64,000 nucleotides of DNA from Bugula neritina. Its lineage: Eukaryota; Animalia; Bryozoa. The position numbers and the translations under genes are program-made. The stretch lies in the NCBI GenBank assembly GCA_964035545.1, contig OZ037769.1, positions 5,003,929 to 5,067,928 of the forward strand. Reading direction: 5' to 3'. Shown piece after piece: positions 48,001-61,300 of this stretch; position 1 is the first letter of the stretch, and each line of letters starts with the position of its first letter. The notes below the pieces were generated by a model that was given only the letters and a program-made list of their open reading frames with translations, was not told the DNA's origin and ran no database searches.

Positions 48001-50109
48001 ATGTGTACCCAACCAAAATTATTTGCTTACTATAAAATTTTATTTACAAGGTTCAAACTATAAGTATTTTTGAAAAAAGTTATTGAAATTTTTTTCTCAG
48101 CTTTCAGCCCTTAACTGCTAAAAATTATATTAACACTTTTTTTTCAAAAAATTTCTCTTCTGATTTGTATATTTTCAATAAGTCTTTCGCAATTGGTAGA
48201 GGCAATTTACATTGGTGGACGCCATACAATGTGACAACCATAGATGGAGATAGAAGAGAATGTGGCTCATGCCCAGACACTTGCAACGAGAATGGACTAT
48301 GTGGTAAGCCTTGTAATTAATTTAATTGAAATAAAGCTTCAATACTTTTGTTTTTATTAGTAATCAAACAGAAAAAGTTCCACAATTCAATGTTTAATGT
48401 GAGAAATCTAAGCTCTAGATGAATATAAGATTTAACTTTACCCGCAAATATCTACTTTTTTAACTTACTTCAATCTAAAAGATATAAATGGAGATTTTTT
48501 GTTCTAAGTGTAGCAGGAAACAACATTAGTATGTATATAATTTGCACTATGTTCTTAGATTGTGGAGGTAAGGTTTGTGGTAATGGAGGGACGCTGGATA
48601 TCAACACATGTCAATGCAAATGCACTAAGCCATACCATAAAGCAGACAATTGTGAATGTAAGTATAATATGACATCTTGAGGCAAGTGCCTGCTTGCCGA
48701 CATCTTGCTATAAGTTATATAAAAACTTATAGCACATGTTTTCTGATGTAAAAGAATAGTCTACAATTAATGGTTTACTAACAACCCAAATAATTTAGTA
48801 AATGCAGCATCTGTAGTATATTTTATATTTTACTCTCAGCGTATGTGGCTTTTATATTTAGTTATTCAGTTTAATAATTGCACAGGCATAATTATGGCCA
48901 GCACCAGAACCTATGATTCACGTTTACATTAGATTCCTAGCCCAATGTTGATTGTACTGTTCAGGTTCAATAACCAAGTCCTGAATCAATCAGAGCGTGT
49001 AGTCTATTTGATATCATCCAGTCTATTTGTCATAATAATTGATTGATTTTCACCGTGAAAGCTTGTGGTAAGAAATGAATAAAATTAAATAGTTGTTTTA
49101 AACAGATGATTGGTTATAGGAAGTGATTTAGCTGTCATGTCTCATTTGTAATGGAACATTTGAAACAAACATATTGCAATATATTCTCAACAATTTAGGT
49201 AATTACTTCACAGCTACTTCAAATCTCACTGAATTAAAACGTTTTTAAAATCAAAATCTAATTTATATTTGAATCATTTGAATTTTTAGTTTCTAATCAT
49301 CTAACAAAAATAATAGCGTTAAACATTTGTTCATTTGTATTATCTACAAATCTACAAGTATTAGTCATTAAGTGAAAGTTTTAACTTTGAAGTATAGCAG
49401 TATACGGACTTTGTGCAAAAGTCAATCAAGGTCAATGTGGTTTTAAATTGGTAGTGGATGACATATATAATGTGTTACATTTTTTACAGTGGATTGTGAC
49501 TTGGCCATTGATTCTCCCCACTGCGGAACATTCTGGCAGTACGCCCAATGTGACATATACCAGAACGTACCTAATGAATGTCCTAATATGTGTGGCCTGT
49601 GCCCATTGGCTGATTACAGGCAGGGGATCGCAACTTCTAATGCACCAACCACTACAACTACACCAACAACTACAACTACAACAACAACTACAGCCACACC
49701 AACAACTACACCAATAACTACAACAACTACGCCAACAACTACAACTACACCAACAACTACTTCTACATCAACAACTACAGCAACACCAACAACTACATCA
49801 GCTATCTCTTCCACAACACAAGAAATATCAACTGAGAAGCCATTGGCCATCTCTACACGGTCACCACGGTTACCACCACCAACAACATTGTCAAATATCT
49901 TGCAGTCTCGTTCCACAACCCCCACCACAACTGATCTGAAGGTTTCCACCACAAAACCATTTAACATTCATGTAGAACAAAAAGAAGGAAAAACATTAAT
50001 TAGCATTCCACACAGCATCTCTATAAACAGCAATGAGGCTGTGAAAGGGGTGCAGCAGCTCTCAAGTAAATTATATTCAACCTTGGTCCTCATTTTAAAG
50101 CTTGTATAA
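45079..50109 (+). CDS. Secreted CAP/SCP (CRISP-like) protein: signal peptide, CAP, hinge, EGF-like, ShKT-like, Thr-rich mucin stalk and hydrophobic C-terminus; 466 aa. Exons 45079-45129, 45588-45684, 45922-46010, 46496-46598, 46996-47233, 48200-48303, 48559-48657, 49490-50109.
   Basis: HNTLRS...NMQKMEWDDELA...WADNCEFKH, GQNLA, WWDE, GHFTQMAW (CAP1), VCNYGAAGN (CAP2), CGSCPDTC...LC hinge, CGNGGTLDINTCQCKC and ECPNMCGLC. 1401 nt, in frame. Confidence 0.92.
45152..45221. repeat. 9-bp tandem repeat (ATGTATTAT)n in intron 1 of the CAP gene
   Basis: Directly visible. Confidence 0.9.
47761..47883 (-). mobile_element. SINE family copy (tail missing) in a CAP-gene intron
   Basis: Clean B box GGTTCGAATCC on the minus strand plus the family body. 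Confidence 0.85.
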
Positions 50110-50291
50110 ACTGGGCGCTCTTGTAGAAATCTTGTGATTTACTGTTGCTATATGTATCTGGTGCCAACTGAGATATTTTGTGTTTTTAGAAAACTAAGTC
50201 AATCTCAAACACTTGCTCATCTAACCAGAATATGCTTTTAGCTGCATCACTTGCAATTTGTGCAATTCTTTTTTAATCATGCATTTAATAT

Positions 50292-50457
<166 letters not shown>

Positions 50458-53400
50458 TATACATAATAAGATATATCTAACTTTTTTGAAACACCTTTTT
50501 ATATGACAAGAATTTGAAATAAAATTCAATAAGCTTGATTGATTAATTTTAGTTTTTAAGGTGCATTTATCAAATAAAACTTGGGTATATGGTACAAACT
50601 AATTAATTATACATATATGATTGATAATATTTTATAAGAAATTGTGCTACCTCAATGCTTATAATCTATCTAACAATAAATAAAACTTATTAGCATATGA
50701 CATTGAATAACATAAGTTATAACCACATTTTAATTCATAGTGTACTTGATTTGGATAGTGCATATATAAAAAAAATATTGCAAACAATTAAACTTTTCTA
50801 ACTTCAAAATATTAGTAGAGTATATTTCTGCTAGTAAGTAAAGAGCACATGTTAACTAACTCTTTCTTCATTGCTAGCTGATCATTAAAATACATGCATA
50901 TTATAAACTATTGGTAACAATACAGTGACCATTATTTTACGTGTATGTATAATATATTATAAACTGTTGCTAACAATCTATTGGACAAATTTACTGAGAT
51001 AGTTTTTACTAAGATTCAGAGCAATACGTATATTTAATTAAACACGAGAATCAAATTAAATAGCTGACTTCTTTTCAAACTTTTTCATGCAATATAAAAA
51101 TTAAAATTATCAGACATCTTTTACTAATTGGTAATGGCAACTTGTACATTATAGATAAACCACAAGTAATATGGTAGCATATAAAAACAAAAAGCTTCAA
51201 ACTTTAAACATTGTGCTTTAAGTAATAAGTAACAAAATTGTAATTCTAAATTTATAGAATTTCTTTGAAGTCTTTTGCCTTTCAACTGGCATCCATAAGC
51301 AAATAATGCAATACTTGCTTTTCTAATGTTTCAAAGTGGTGCGCTTTTCAATTAAACAAAAATTGTAGTGTAAGTTCTAACATAAATGTATACACTTTAC
51401 TGTGCCTTACTTCTCTCCCCCCTCCCCTGTTTTTATATTACACAAAGTTAACAAAACAAACTTATTTCCATAGACATAATATGTTTTTATATTTTCATAT
51501 TCAGTATTTTGTATATGGCCCATTCTGCTCAAGAGTTGTCTTTCCAGAAAGACTTAGCTACCTGTAACCATTAGAACATAAACTATGTTTTTTATATTTT
51601 CACAAAGCAGTTTCTGCTGTAATTGGAGCCGCAACTTTTTTGAAAAATTTAGAAAGATTTCTATCGATGAATATTTTAGTTTTTCCTGTAGTCACATTGA
51701 ATATATGTAAATACCCAATCAAAACAAGCTATACATTTTTTGCATACTAATAATTAATTCAGACTGAAGGCACTTGGGCATCATTGCAAACAGAAAATTT
51801 CATGTTAATTGAGTGCTCCTATTTGAATTTGAGCTATATGGCAACAAATTTAGATCTTTTGTGACACGAAGGTGGTACATGTGCGTCACTATTTGGTGCC
51901 TAATACGAAAGTCTATTTCTCTGAGAGGATAACATCCGCTTCTCCTTTTAATTATTATTGTGAGCTTAATCAATAGAGTTAGGGTAAAAAACTTCAAATA
52001 TTATTTTATAATTAAACAAGACATTGACTTTCTTATGCAAGTTTCTTGTCCCATCTTATGCCATTTACAACCTGCCTTTAATTTGCAGGTATGCTAATAA
52101 ATGAAGATTGTAGAAATAAAGACAATATAAATAGTTGCTATATAAATGAATGCTAAATAAATGAATACTGTAAATATAATGCTGACATGCATAAATTTAT
52201 AACTAGAATAGTACTTTCCATTTTAAAATCAGCAGAATGTGGGCTTAAAAAGTCAACTAGCTATGTAGTCAACATTCAAGTATAATTTTAGTTTGAAAAA
52301 GCAATTTCATTGGAATGTATATAAACTAAAAACAAATGTATTGTGCTGTAAGTATAAATGGTACTCTAAAACTACCATCTTGAAACGCAACTAATTTTTT
52401 TATTGTAAAAATATTAAATAATTAACAGTGAATTTAAATTTGATTTTGCATGGAACAAGTATAAGTTTCAAGTGCTTTAATGGTGCAAAAAAGTGCTAGG
52501 GAAAGAAAGACCTCCAATCTGTATTAGAAAAGCTGTTTTTAGGTTTTTTTTAAGTTATAGTATATCTTTTTAAACCCTGAATAGCGTCTAAATATAATTG
52601 ATACAGTTTAAAATAAATAATTATACAGGAGACAAGTATAGCCTCATCAGCAAATATCAGGTCTACCATTTCATTCAGTGACCGCAACTTAATCCTCACC
52701 TAAGGGCACGTGTCTAAAGCATAACTAAGTTAAGCTGAAAAATTACTTCCTATTAGTTTTAATAAGAAGTCAAACAATATTGATAATATTTCTTTGGCAT
52801 CATGTCAATCAATATTTATAATATATTAATATAATATATTATTATATTATAATATAATGCACCTATCTTAAACTAGGTGTATTTTTGACACTGTCATTAA
52901 TTTGTATATAAGCCGGCTCAGAAATAATCATCTTTATTGAACATAATTACTAGCTTATAGCTTTAATAAAATATATATGTTTTTAATTTCTATAATTTGA
53001 TAGTTTGAGGTCAAGGAAGCAGCTGCATAGTCATAGACTTTCAATTGACGTATAACTCAACTCACTCCCTAATATAAATACTTATGGTTGCTGCGTTGCA
53101 CCCAAAGTATTGTTTGCTGGCAGCACGATTTAAAATATCTCCAAGCAGCGAATCATCAATCTTTAAGCAAAGAATCATTTGGCTGAGTTTGAAAATTGTT
53201 ACTAAAAATATTTTTCTAAATTTTTTTCAGTAACAACTATAAAACATAATTAAGTCTTTGTGAAGTATTTTTATTAGTTACTGCATTTTTACATATTATT
53301 GCAAATTAGATAAATACATAAAGCAATTCCATTTTTGTTATTAATTTTGTAAGAAGTTAAATTACATAACAAATTGTCATAAGATCATGAACATATATGT

Positions 53401-53951
53401 GTGCTCACATGAATTCCTTTATTTCCTTGCAATTATAAACTTATTTTGTCATCTCTTCCCTGGAGTTTAAGGAGACTCAAAGTCTAGTATCATAATAATT
53501 TTGATCTGCCACAGCAAGCTCAGTACATCTTTTTGTCCATATCTTTTTCCAAACTTAATTGGTTCAATTATGAAAAATAAAACTTTTATATTGATTTTAG
53601 TGTAGCAAAATGAGATATATATCATATATTTATAACGAAAATATCATCGAGATCTTAATATCATGTAGATTCTGTTAAAATTATAATATTTTCACATAAA
53701 TCAACGTTAGCAAAGAAAAAGGGTTGCTGTAAATTATACATGTATAATAATTTAACGATTCCTTCTCAAAATTATGTTAGCCATATAAATATACTCCAAA
53801 ATGGCTGCATTGACAGTATAGGTGCTCTGTAAATAAATCACAGTGGACAAACTTTCTGTGGACCAAATAAAATACAAGATACTATTCAAGTGTTGTACAA
53901 TTTTAAGTATAAGTAGGAAAGGCGTGCAGAAAAGTTTACATTAACTATGAC

Positions 53952-54396
53952 GGTTTCATCCCAGATAGACGCTTCCCAGTTAGGCGCTATTTTTTATTTT
54001 GGTACCATAATAATGTATATACCTATGTAACTGTTGTATTGATTGATAAATAGCTAATATGCTAATAGCTATAATAGCTAATATAAAGTATCTAGAATAA
54101 TAGTCCACATTTCACGGTTTTGTGTGAGGCAAAACACAGTAATATGTTAATAATAGACATTATTTTTAATGAATACTTATTAACGAAGTGTTTTTTCTAG
54201 CAACAAGAAGTATAGAGTGTGCAAAATTATTAAGTTAATGCAGATCAGCGACATTTATTTATGTGCTAGATAACAAACAATTGATCCAAGTTTATTTAAA
54301 TATACAGATTATATATTTCAATAACATTAAAATTAATTATCCATAAACTATATATTTTGACAAGATAAATAAATAGCATCTAACTGGGATCACACC
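53952..54396. mobile_element. Non-autonomous DNA transposon, 445 bp, 8-bp TSD, GG...CC termini (Merlin-like)
   Basis: ACTATGAC at 53944-53951 and 54397-54404; imperfect ~22-bp TIRs GGTTTCATCCCAGATAGACGCT / AGCATCTAACTGGGATCACACC. Confidence 0.75.
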
Positions 54397-55396
54397 ACTA
54401 TGACTGCCTTAGTTCAGATGTTACAGGATTGGTTGTCACAAAAAATAAAGTTATGAGAGAATTGAAGGCAAAAAATAGCTAATCACAGTGTTCCATAGGC
54501 TATGTTTCATGTAGCTTCAACCTAGCTAACCTAACCTAACTGAAGTGAACTCAATTTTGAAAGTTTATAAAGATAAATTATTGAGATTTTACTGCACATT
54601 CTATATTTTTACTGTCAGCTGATAAAACAACAATCATTTGACAGTGAGCAGTTCATTTTCTTTATTGCCAACCAAATCCATTTCTTCAACACTCAACCTA
54701 TGTTTATATTTTATATGTTTATATATATGCATTGCAATAATACTGTAAATAATTATACAGTCCCCAAACAGTATAAACTGTATCAACTTCATAGTTATTT
54801 CATTTACTGAATTGTCAAGTGCTTTTTTACATATTTCGTAATTTACTTTCATGTTATCTGTAAAATAGTAATTTGGCTGCTAGATAAACTGGTAGCTATA
54901 TTGCAGTGTTGAAAATCTTTCAAAATTCCCAAAAATAAATTTGTCATATCTGGCAAGTTGAATTGATTAAATTACTGCAGTTTACTGCAAAGTAAGAACT
55001 GTTCATTGACATGCAGAGTGACTAAAAAGCCTGCAACTTGGTAATAGAGGATATTTCCTCTTCCAAATTTCACTCAATTAGAAAAGTTAATTTAAATTCC
55101 ACACAAAAAAAGAGTAGAATTAGATTCTACTTCAAATATTTCTGGATATTAAATCATATTGATTTTCTTGTGTGGGCTACCTCTCTCCCAGCCCTCATTA
55201 CAGCAAGGGTATTAAATTAGGTACTTAGGCTATTAATCAATGTATAGCCGACAAATAGTTGGTGAGAGAAAGACGTGTGGCAATCACTTAAAAAGCTGAG
55301 TAAATACCACAAATTATTACTAATATTCCTCTATGGGCTGAGGTCTGGTCTTGAGCAACATACTTTGAAAATACAGCAGGGAGCCTTGGCATAGTC

Positions 55397-58300
55397 ATGC
55401 AGCTATCCGCTTACATTTTCATTTTGGTTGCTGCTAAGCAGGTATTTATATAATTACTCCTATTCATATAATGTAAAGTGTTTTTTATGTTTATCCTTTA
55501 TTCAAAAGATTGACTTGCATGCATATATTCTTGAAAAATTCACTTCTTTTGTGCATGCAGTTATTTTATAAAAATTAAAACAAAAATTACATAGAAATAG
55601 TTAGAATGACAATATATTTATTTTCTGGTAATTCATTTGCCAACCCTGGATATTTTATGTAAGCAAGCTTTCGCATAGAAGGCTGATAATGTGAACAAGT
55701 AATCTGTATTAACACGTCTCTTACTCTGATTGCACGGCTAGCATGGTTCTTCACCTATCTCTGCTCTGTCCTGTTAGCGTAGCGGGTGGCTGCCGTAGGC
55801 CTAGCTTAATTAAACTTCTCTATCTAATCCCGTCTTGGGCTTTTTTTAGACTAGCATGCGTAATCTAGTGTAAATCGAAAGTCTAGTCAAATTGGAATAT
55901 TAGATGGCACCAATCTTGAAAATGTGCATGTATAATAAGGATAACGTTGTTTGAAAGATTTATGCTTTTGTTTTTGAAAATTTTATTGCCTTAATGTATG
56001 TATATTCAAAAATACAACTGAAAGCTTTTGACGTTATACCAACTCAAATTCTAAGGAAATTTTATCCAAAGCCTTTTCCCCTCAAACATGTTAAAGCAAA
56101 AAGATTAATTTTTTTTTAAAGTATCTCATTTGTGGATTATTTTGCACTAATCTGTTTATAGTAAAATTAAATTGCATATTATCATAATGTGTACACTTCA
56201 GCTAAACTTTTGTCAAAACTAACAATGGTTAATAAGAGTTATTTTGGCCAACTATACTACATACTGCTTGTATACTGCAGGTATCAGAAACATTAGTCTC
56301 TGCAGACAGCAACCCTCCGCAAAGCAGTCATCACACAACATGGCCGCCATCTAATCTTCTGCAGACTCAACCATCTGGAAATACTCAAGCAGTGAGACTT
56401 TCTCAAACTTCTTATTTTAGAAGTCCTAACCACCATAGCATACCATCATCCCCCAGTTATAATCAACATCAGCCTTCATTTTTTCTGACTCCGACCCCAG
56501 CACTACACAGAGTTCCATCTTCTGTACCATGCACCACCACACCATCATCTGCACCATATAAAGCTTCAGTACTACCCCTAGGCCCTTCTCCTGTACCACA
56601 TAGTGCTCCTTTTCCTGTACCTTACAGAGCTCCTGTACCATATACAGCCCCTTCTCCTGTACCTTACAGAGCCCCCTCTCCTGTACCTTACAGAGCCCCC
56701 TCTCCTGTACCTTACAGAGCTCCTGTACCATATACAGCCCCTTCTCCTGTACCTTACAGAGCCCCCTATCCTGTACCTTACAGAGCTCCTGTACCATATA
56801 CAGCCCCTTCTTCTGTACCTTACAGAGCCCCCTCTCCTGTACCTTACAGAGCTCCTGTACCATATACAGCCCCTTCTCCTGTACCTTACAGAGCCCCCTA
56901 TCCTGTACCTTACAGAGCTCCTGTACCATATACAGCCCCTTCTCCTGTACCTTACAGAGCCCCCTCTCCTGTACCTTACAGAGCTCCTGTACCATATACA
57001 GCCCCTTCTCCTGTACCTTACAGAGCTCCTGTACCATATACAGCCCCTTCTCCTGTACCTTACAGAGCTCCTGTACCAAATATAGCTCCAACCTCTCTAC
57101 CATATGATACAACTACACAATACAGGCCACATATAGCTTCACAAGCTCCACTTCACAAAGCTTCACAAGCCTTACCATCGATTAGCACCTCAAAGCATAT
57201 ACAAAGCAGATCCTCACTTTTATCTCACATGCAACCGCAACATCCACCACACAGGCAACAAATATATGCTCACAATGTACAAAATAGAAGCTCTGTATCA
57301 CAAAGTTTGAAAGCCTCTCAAGAAGTATCACCTTACAGAGCCCCTTCTCCTGTACCACACACAGCTTCTTCTCCTGTACCACACAGAGCTCCTGTACCAT
57401 ATACAGCGCCTTCTCCTGTACCTTACAGAGCCCCCTCTCCTGTACCTTACAGAGCTCCTGTACCATATACAGCCCCTTCTCCTGTACCTTACAGAGCTCC
57501 TTCTCCTGTACCTTACAGAGCCTCCTCTCCTGTACCTTACAGAGCTCCTGTACCATATACAGCCCCCTCTCCTGTACCTTACAAAGCTCCTTCTCCTGTA
57601 CCATACAGAGCCCCTTCTCCAGCACCTTACAGAGCTTCTGTACCATACAGAGCTCCTGCACCATATACAGCTCCTTCTTCTGTACCATATATAGCACCAA
57701 CTTTTCTACCATATGATACAACTACACAATACAGGCCACATTTAACTTCACAAGCTCCACTTCACAAAGTTCCGCAAGCCTTACCATCGAGTAGCACCTC
57801 AACGCATATACAAAGCAGATCTTCACTTTTATCTCACATGCAACCGCAACATCCACCACACAGGCAACAAATATATGCTCACAATGTACAAAATAGAAGC
57901 TCTGTATCACAAAGTTTGAAAGCCTCTCAAGAAGTATCACCTTACAGAGCCCCTTCTCCTGTACCACACACAGCCTCTTCTCCTGTACCACACAAAACCC
58001 CATCTCCTGTACCTTACAAAGCTCCTTCTCCTATACCTTACAGAGCTCCTTCTGCGGTACCATACAGAGCCCCTTCTCCTGTACCTTACAGAGCCCCCTC
58101 TCCTGTACCTTACAGAGCTCCTGTACCATATACAGCCCCTTCTCCAGTACCATATACAGCCCCTTCTCCAGTACCATATACAGCCCCTTCTCCTGTACCA
58201 TACAGAGCCCCTTCTCCTGTACTACACACAGCCACTTCTCCAGTACCACACACAACCACTTTTCCTGTACCATACAGAACCCCATCTCCTGTACCTTACA

Positions 58301-61300
58301 GGGCCCCCTCTCCTGTACCTTACAATGCTCCTTCTCCTGTACCATACAGAGCCCCTTCTCCAGCACCTTACAGAGCTTCTGTACCATACAGAGCTCCTGT
58401 ACCATATATAGCACCAACTTCTCTACCATATGATACAACTACACAATACAGGCCACATTTAACTTCACAAGCTCCACATCACAAAGTTCCGCAAGCCTTA
58501 CCATCGAGTAGCACCTCAACGCATATACAAAGCAGATCCTCACTTTTATCTCACATGCAACCGCAACATCCACCACACAGGCAACAAATATATGCTCACA
58601 ATGTACAAAATAGAAGCTCTGTATCACAAAGTTTGAAAGCCTCTCAAGAAGTATCATCTTACAGAGCCCCTTCTCCTGTACCACACACAGCTTCTTCTCC
58701 TGTACCACACAAAACCCCATCTCCTGTACCTTACAAAGCTCCTTCTCCTATACCTTACAGAGCTCCTTCTGCGGTACCATACAGAGCCCCTTCTCCTGTA
58801 CCTTACAGAGCCCCCTCTCCTGTACCTTACAGAGCTCCTGTACCATATACAGCCCCTTCTCCAGTACCATATACAGCCCCTTCTCCAGTACCATATACAG
58901 CCCCTTCTCCTGTACCATACAGAGCCCCTTCTCCTGTACTACACACAGCCACTTCTCCAGTACCACACACAACCACTTTTCCTGTACCATACAGAACCCC
59001 ATCTCCTGTACCTTACAGGGCCCCCTCTCCTGTACCTTACAATGCTCCTTCTCCTGTACCATACAGAGCCCCTTCTCCAGCACCTTACAGAGCTTCTGTA
59101 CCATACAGAGCTCCTGTACCATATATAGCACCAACTTCTCTACCATATGATACAACTACACAATACAGGCCACATTTAACTTCACAAGCTCCACATCACA
59201 AAGTTCCGCAAGCCTTACCATCGAGTAGCACCTCAACGCATATACAAAGCAGATCCTCACTTTTATCTCACATGCAACCGCAACATCCACCACACAGGCA
59301 ACAAATATATGCTCACAATGTACAAAATAGAAGCTCTGTATCACAAAGTTTGAAAGCTTCTCAAGAAGTATCATCTTACAGAGCCCCTTCTCCTGTACCA
59401 CACACAGCCTCTTCTCCTGTACCACACAGAACCCCCTCTCCGGTACCATATACAGCCCCTTCTCCTGTACCACACACAGCTACTTCAGCTCCTGTACCTT
59501 ACAGAGCTCCTGTACCATATACAGCCCCCTCTCCTGTACCTTACAGAGCCCCCTCTCCTGTACCTTACAGAGCCCCTGTACCTTACAGAGCTCCTGTACC
59601 ATATACAGCCCCTTCTTCTGTACCATATATAGCTCCAACTTCTCTACCATATGATACAACTACACAATACAGGCCACATTTAGCTTCACAAGCTCCACTT
59701 CACAAAGCTCCACAAGCTTTATTATTGAGCAGCACCTCAACCCATACACAAAGTAGATCTCCACTTTTATCTCACATGCAACCACAACATCCACCACACA
59801 GGCAACAAATATATGCTCACAATGTACAAAATAGAAGCTCTGTATCACAAAGTTTGAAAGCCTCTCAAGAAGTATCATCTTACAGAGCCCCTTCTCCTGT
59901 ACCACACACAGTCCCTTCTCCTGTACCACACACAGCCCCTTCTCCTGTACCACACAGAGCTACTTCAGCTCCTGTACCTTACAGAGCCCCCTATCCTGTA
60001 CCTTACAGAGCTCCTGTACCATATACAGCCCCTTCTCCTGTACCTTACAGAGCCCCTGTACCTTACAGAGCTCCTGTACCATATACAGCCCCTTCTTCTG
60101 TACCATATATAGCTCCAACTTCTCTACCATATGATACGACTACACAATACAGGCTACATTTAGCTTCACAAGCTCCATTTCACAAAGCTCCACAAGCTTT
60201 ATTATTGAGCAGCACCTCAACCCATACACAAAGTAGATCTCCACTTTTATCTCACATGCAACCGCAACATCCACAACACAGGCAACAAATATATGCTCAC
60301 AATGTACAAAATAGAAACTCTGTATCACAAAGTTTGAAAGCCTCTCAAGAAGTATTATCTTCTAATCACAAAGTAATTCAGCCTCCCTCACAACAACCAT
60401 TGTCAACAACAACACATCAGCCTTTTAATAACGTGCCACAAACCTTCACCCACAGACCTGCTTCTTACCCTGTGCCACATTCATATAGCCATGGAATGCT
60501 TCCTTACTCTGATTCAAGAGTATCCCAGTCATCAACGTATAGAGCACAACCTTTACCACCAGCACATTCTACACGCAGGAACTTCCAAACCACTATGCAC
60601 TTAGGAGAACCTCCAGCTCTATCATCTCCAAACTCACAGCCTTCTTCATACAGGACAACTCCAGCTGCTACACAAGAGACAGTGCAGCTAACAGCTACTC
60701 ATCTGCCAGCTCACGATCAAAATCATTCTCCTCTATTATACCCTACACAAACAAGTCTGCCACTTTCTTTACCTACTGCCCCTCAAGTATTTAGACAGAA
60801 TGTAGTCAAGATGCCACCAAGCCATACAGAACCATCATCTTTTAACCATCACTCTATAACAAGCAAGCTAACACACGGTGGATCGACTAGTAGAGCTAAC
60901 GGAAGACCAAGTAGTGCAGAAAGCATTGCACCAAGCAGCAGGGCAGATAGGTGGAGAAGTATTGCAGAAAACAATGAGCTGACTAGTCAAACTAACAGAT
61001 GGGAAAGCATTACAGAAAGCAGTGTACCAACCAGGTCCACTAACAGATGGGAAAGTGTTACAGAAAGCAGTATACCAACCAGGTCCACTAACAGATGGGA
61101 AAGTGTTACAGAAAGCAGCGTACCGACTATCCCCACTAACAGATGGAGAAATCTTGCAGATAACCATGAGCTAGCTATCCAGACTGATAGGAGACCAAGT
61201 AGTGTGAGAAACAGTGAGATACCTAGTAGAACTAACAGAAGACAAAGTAATTCACCAAACAGAGCACCTAACACCAGAACCGATAGAAGACAAAGTAATC

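Noticed and set aside
56584-60120. Resemblance of SPVPY repeats to the RNA polymerase II CTD (YSPTSPS)
   Set aside because: The period is 6 or 8 rather than 7, there are no polymerase domains, and the protein has a signal peptide.
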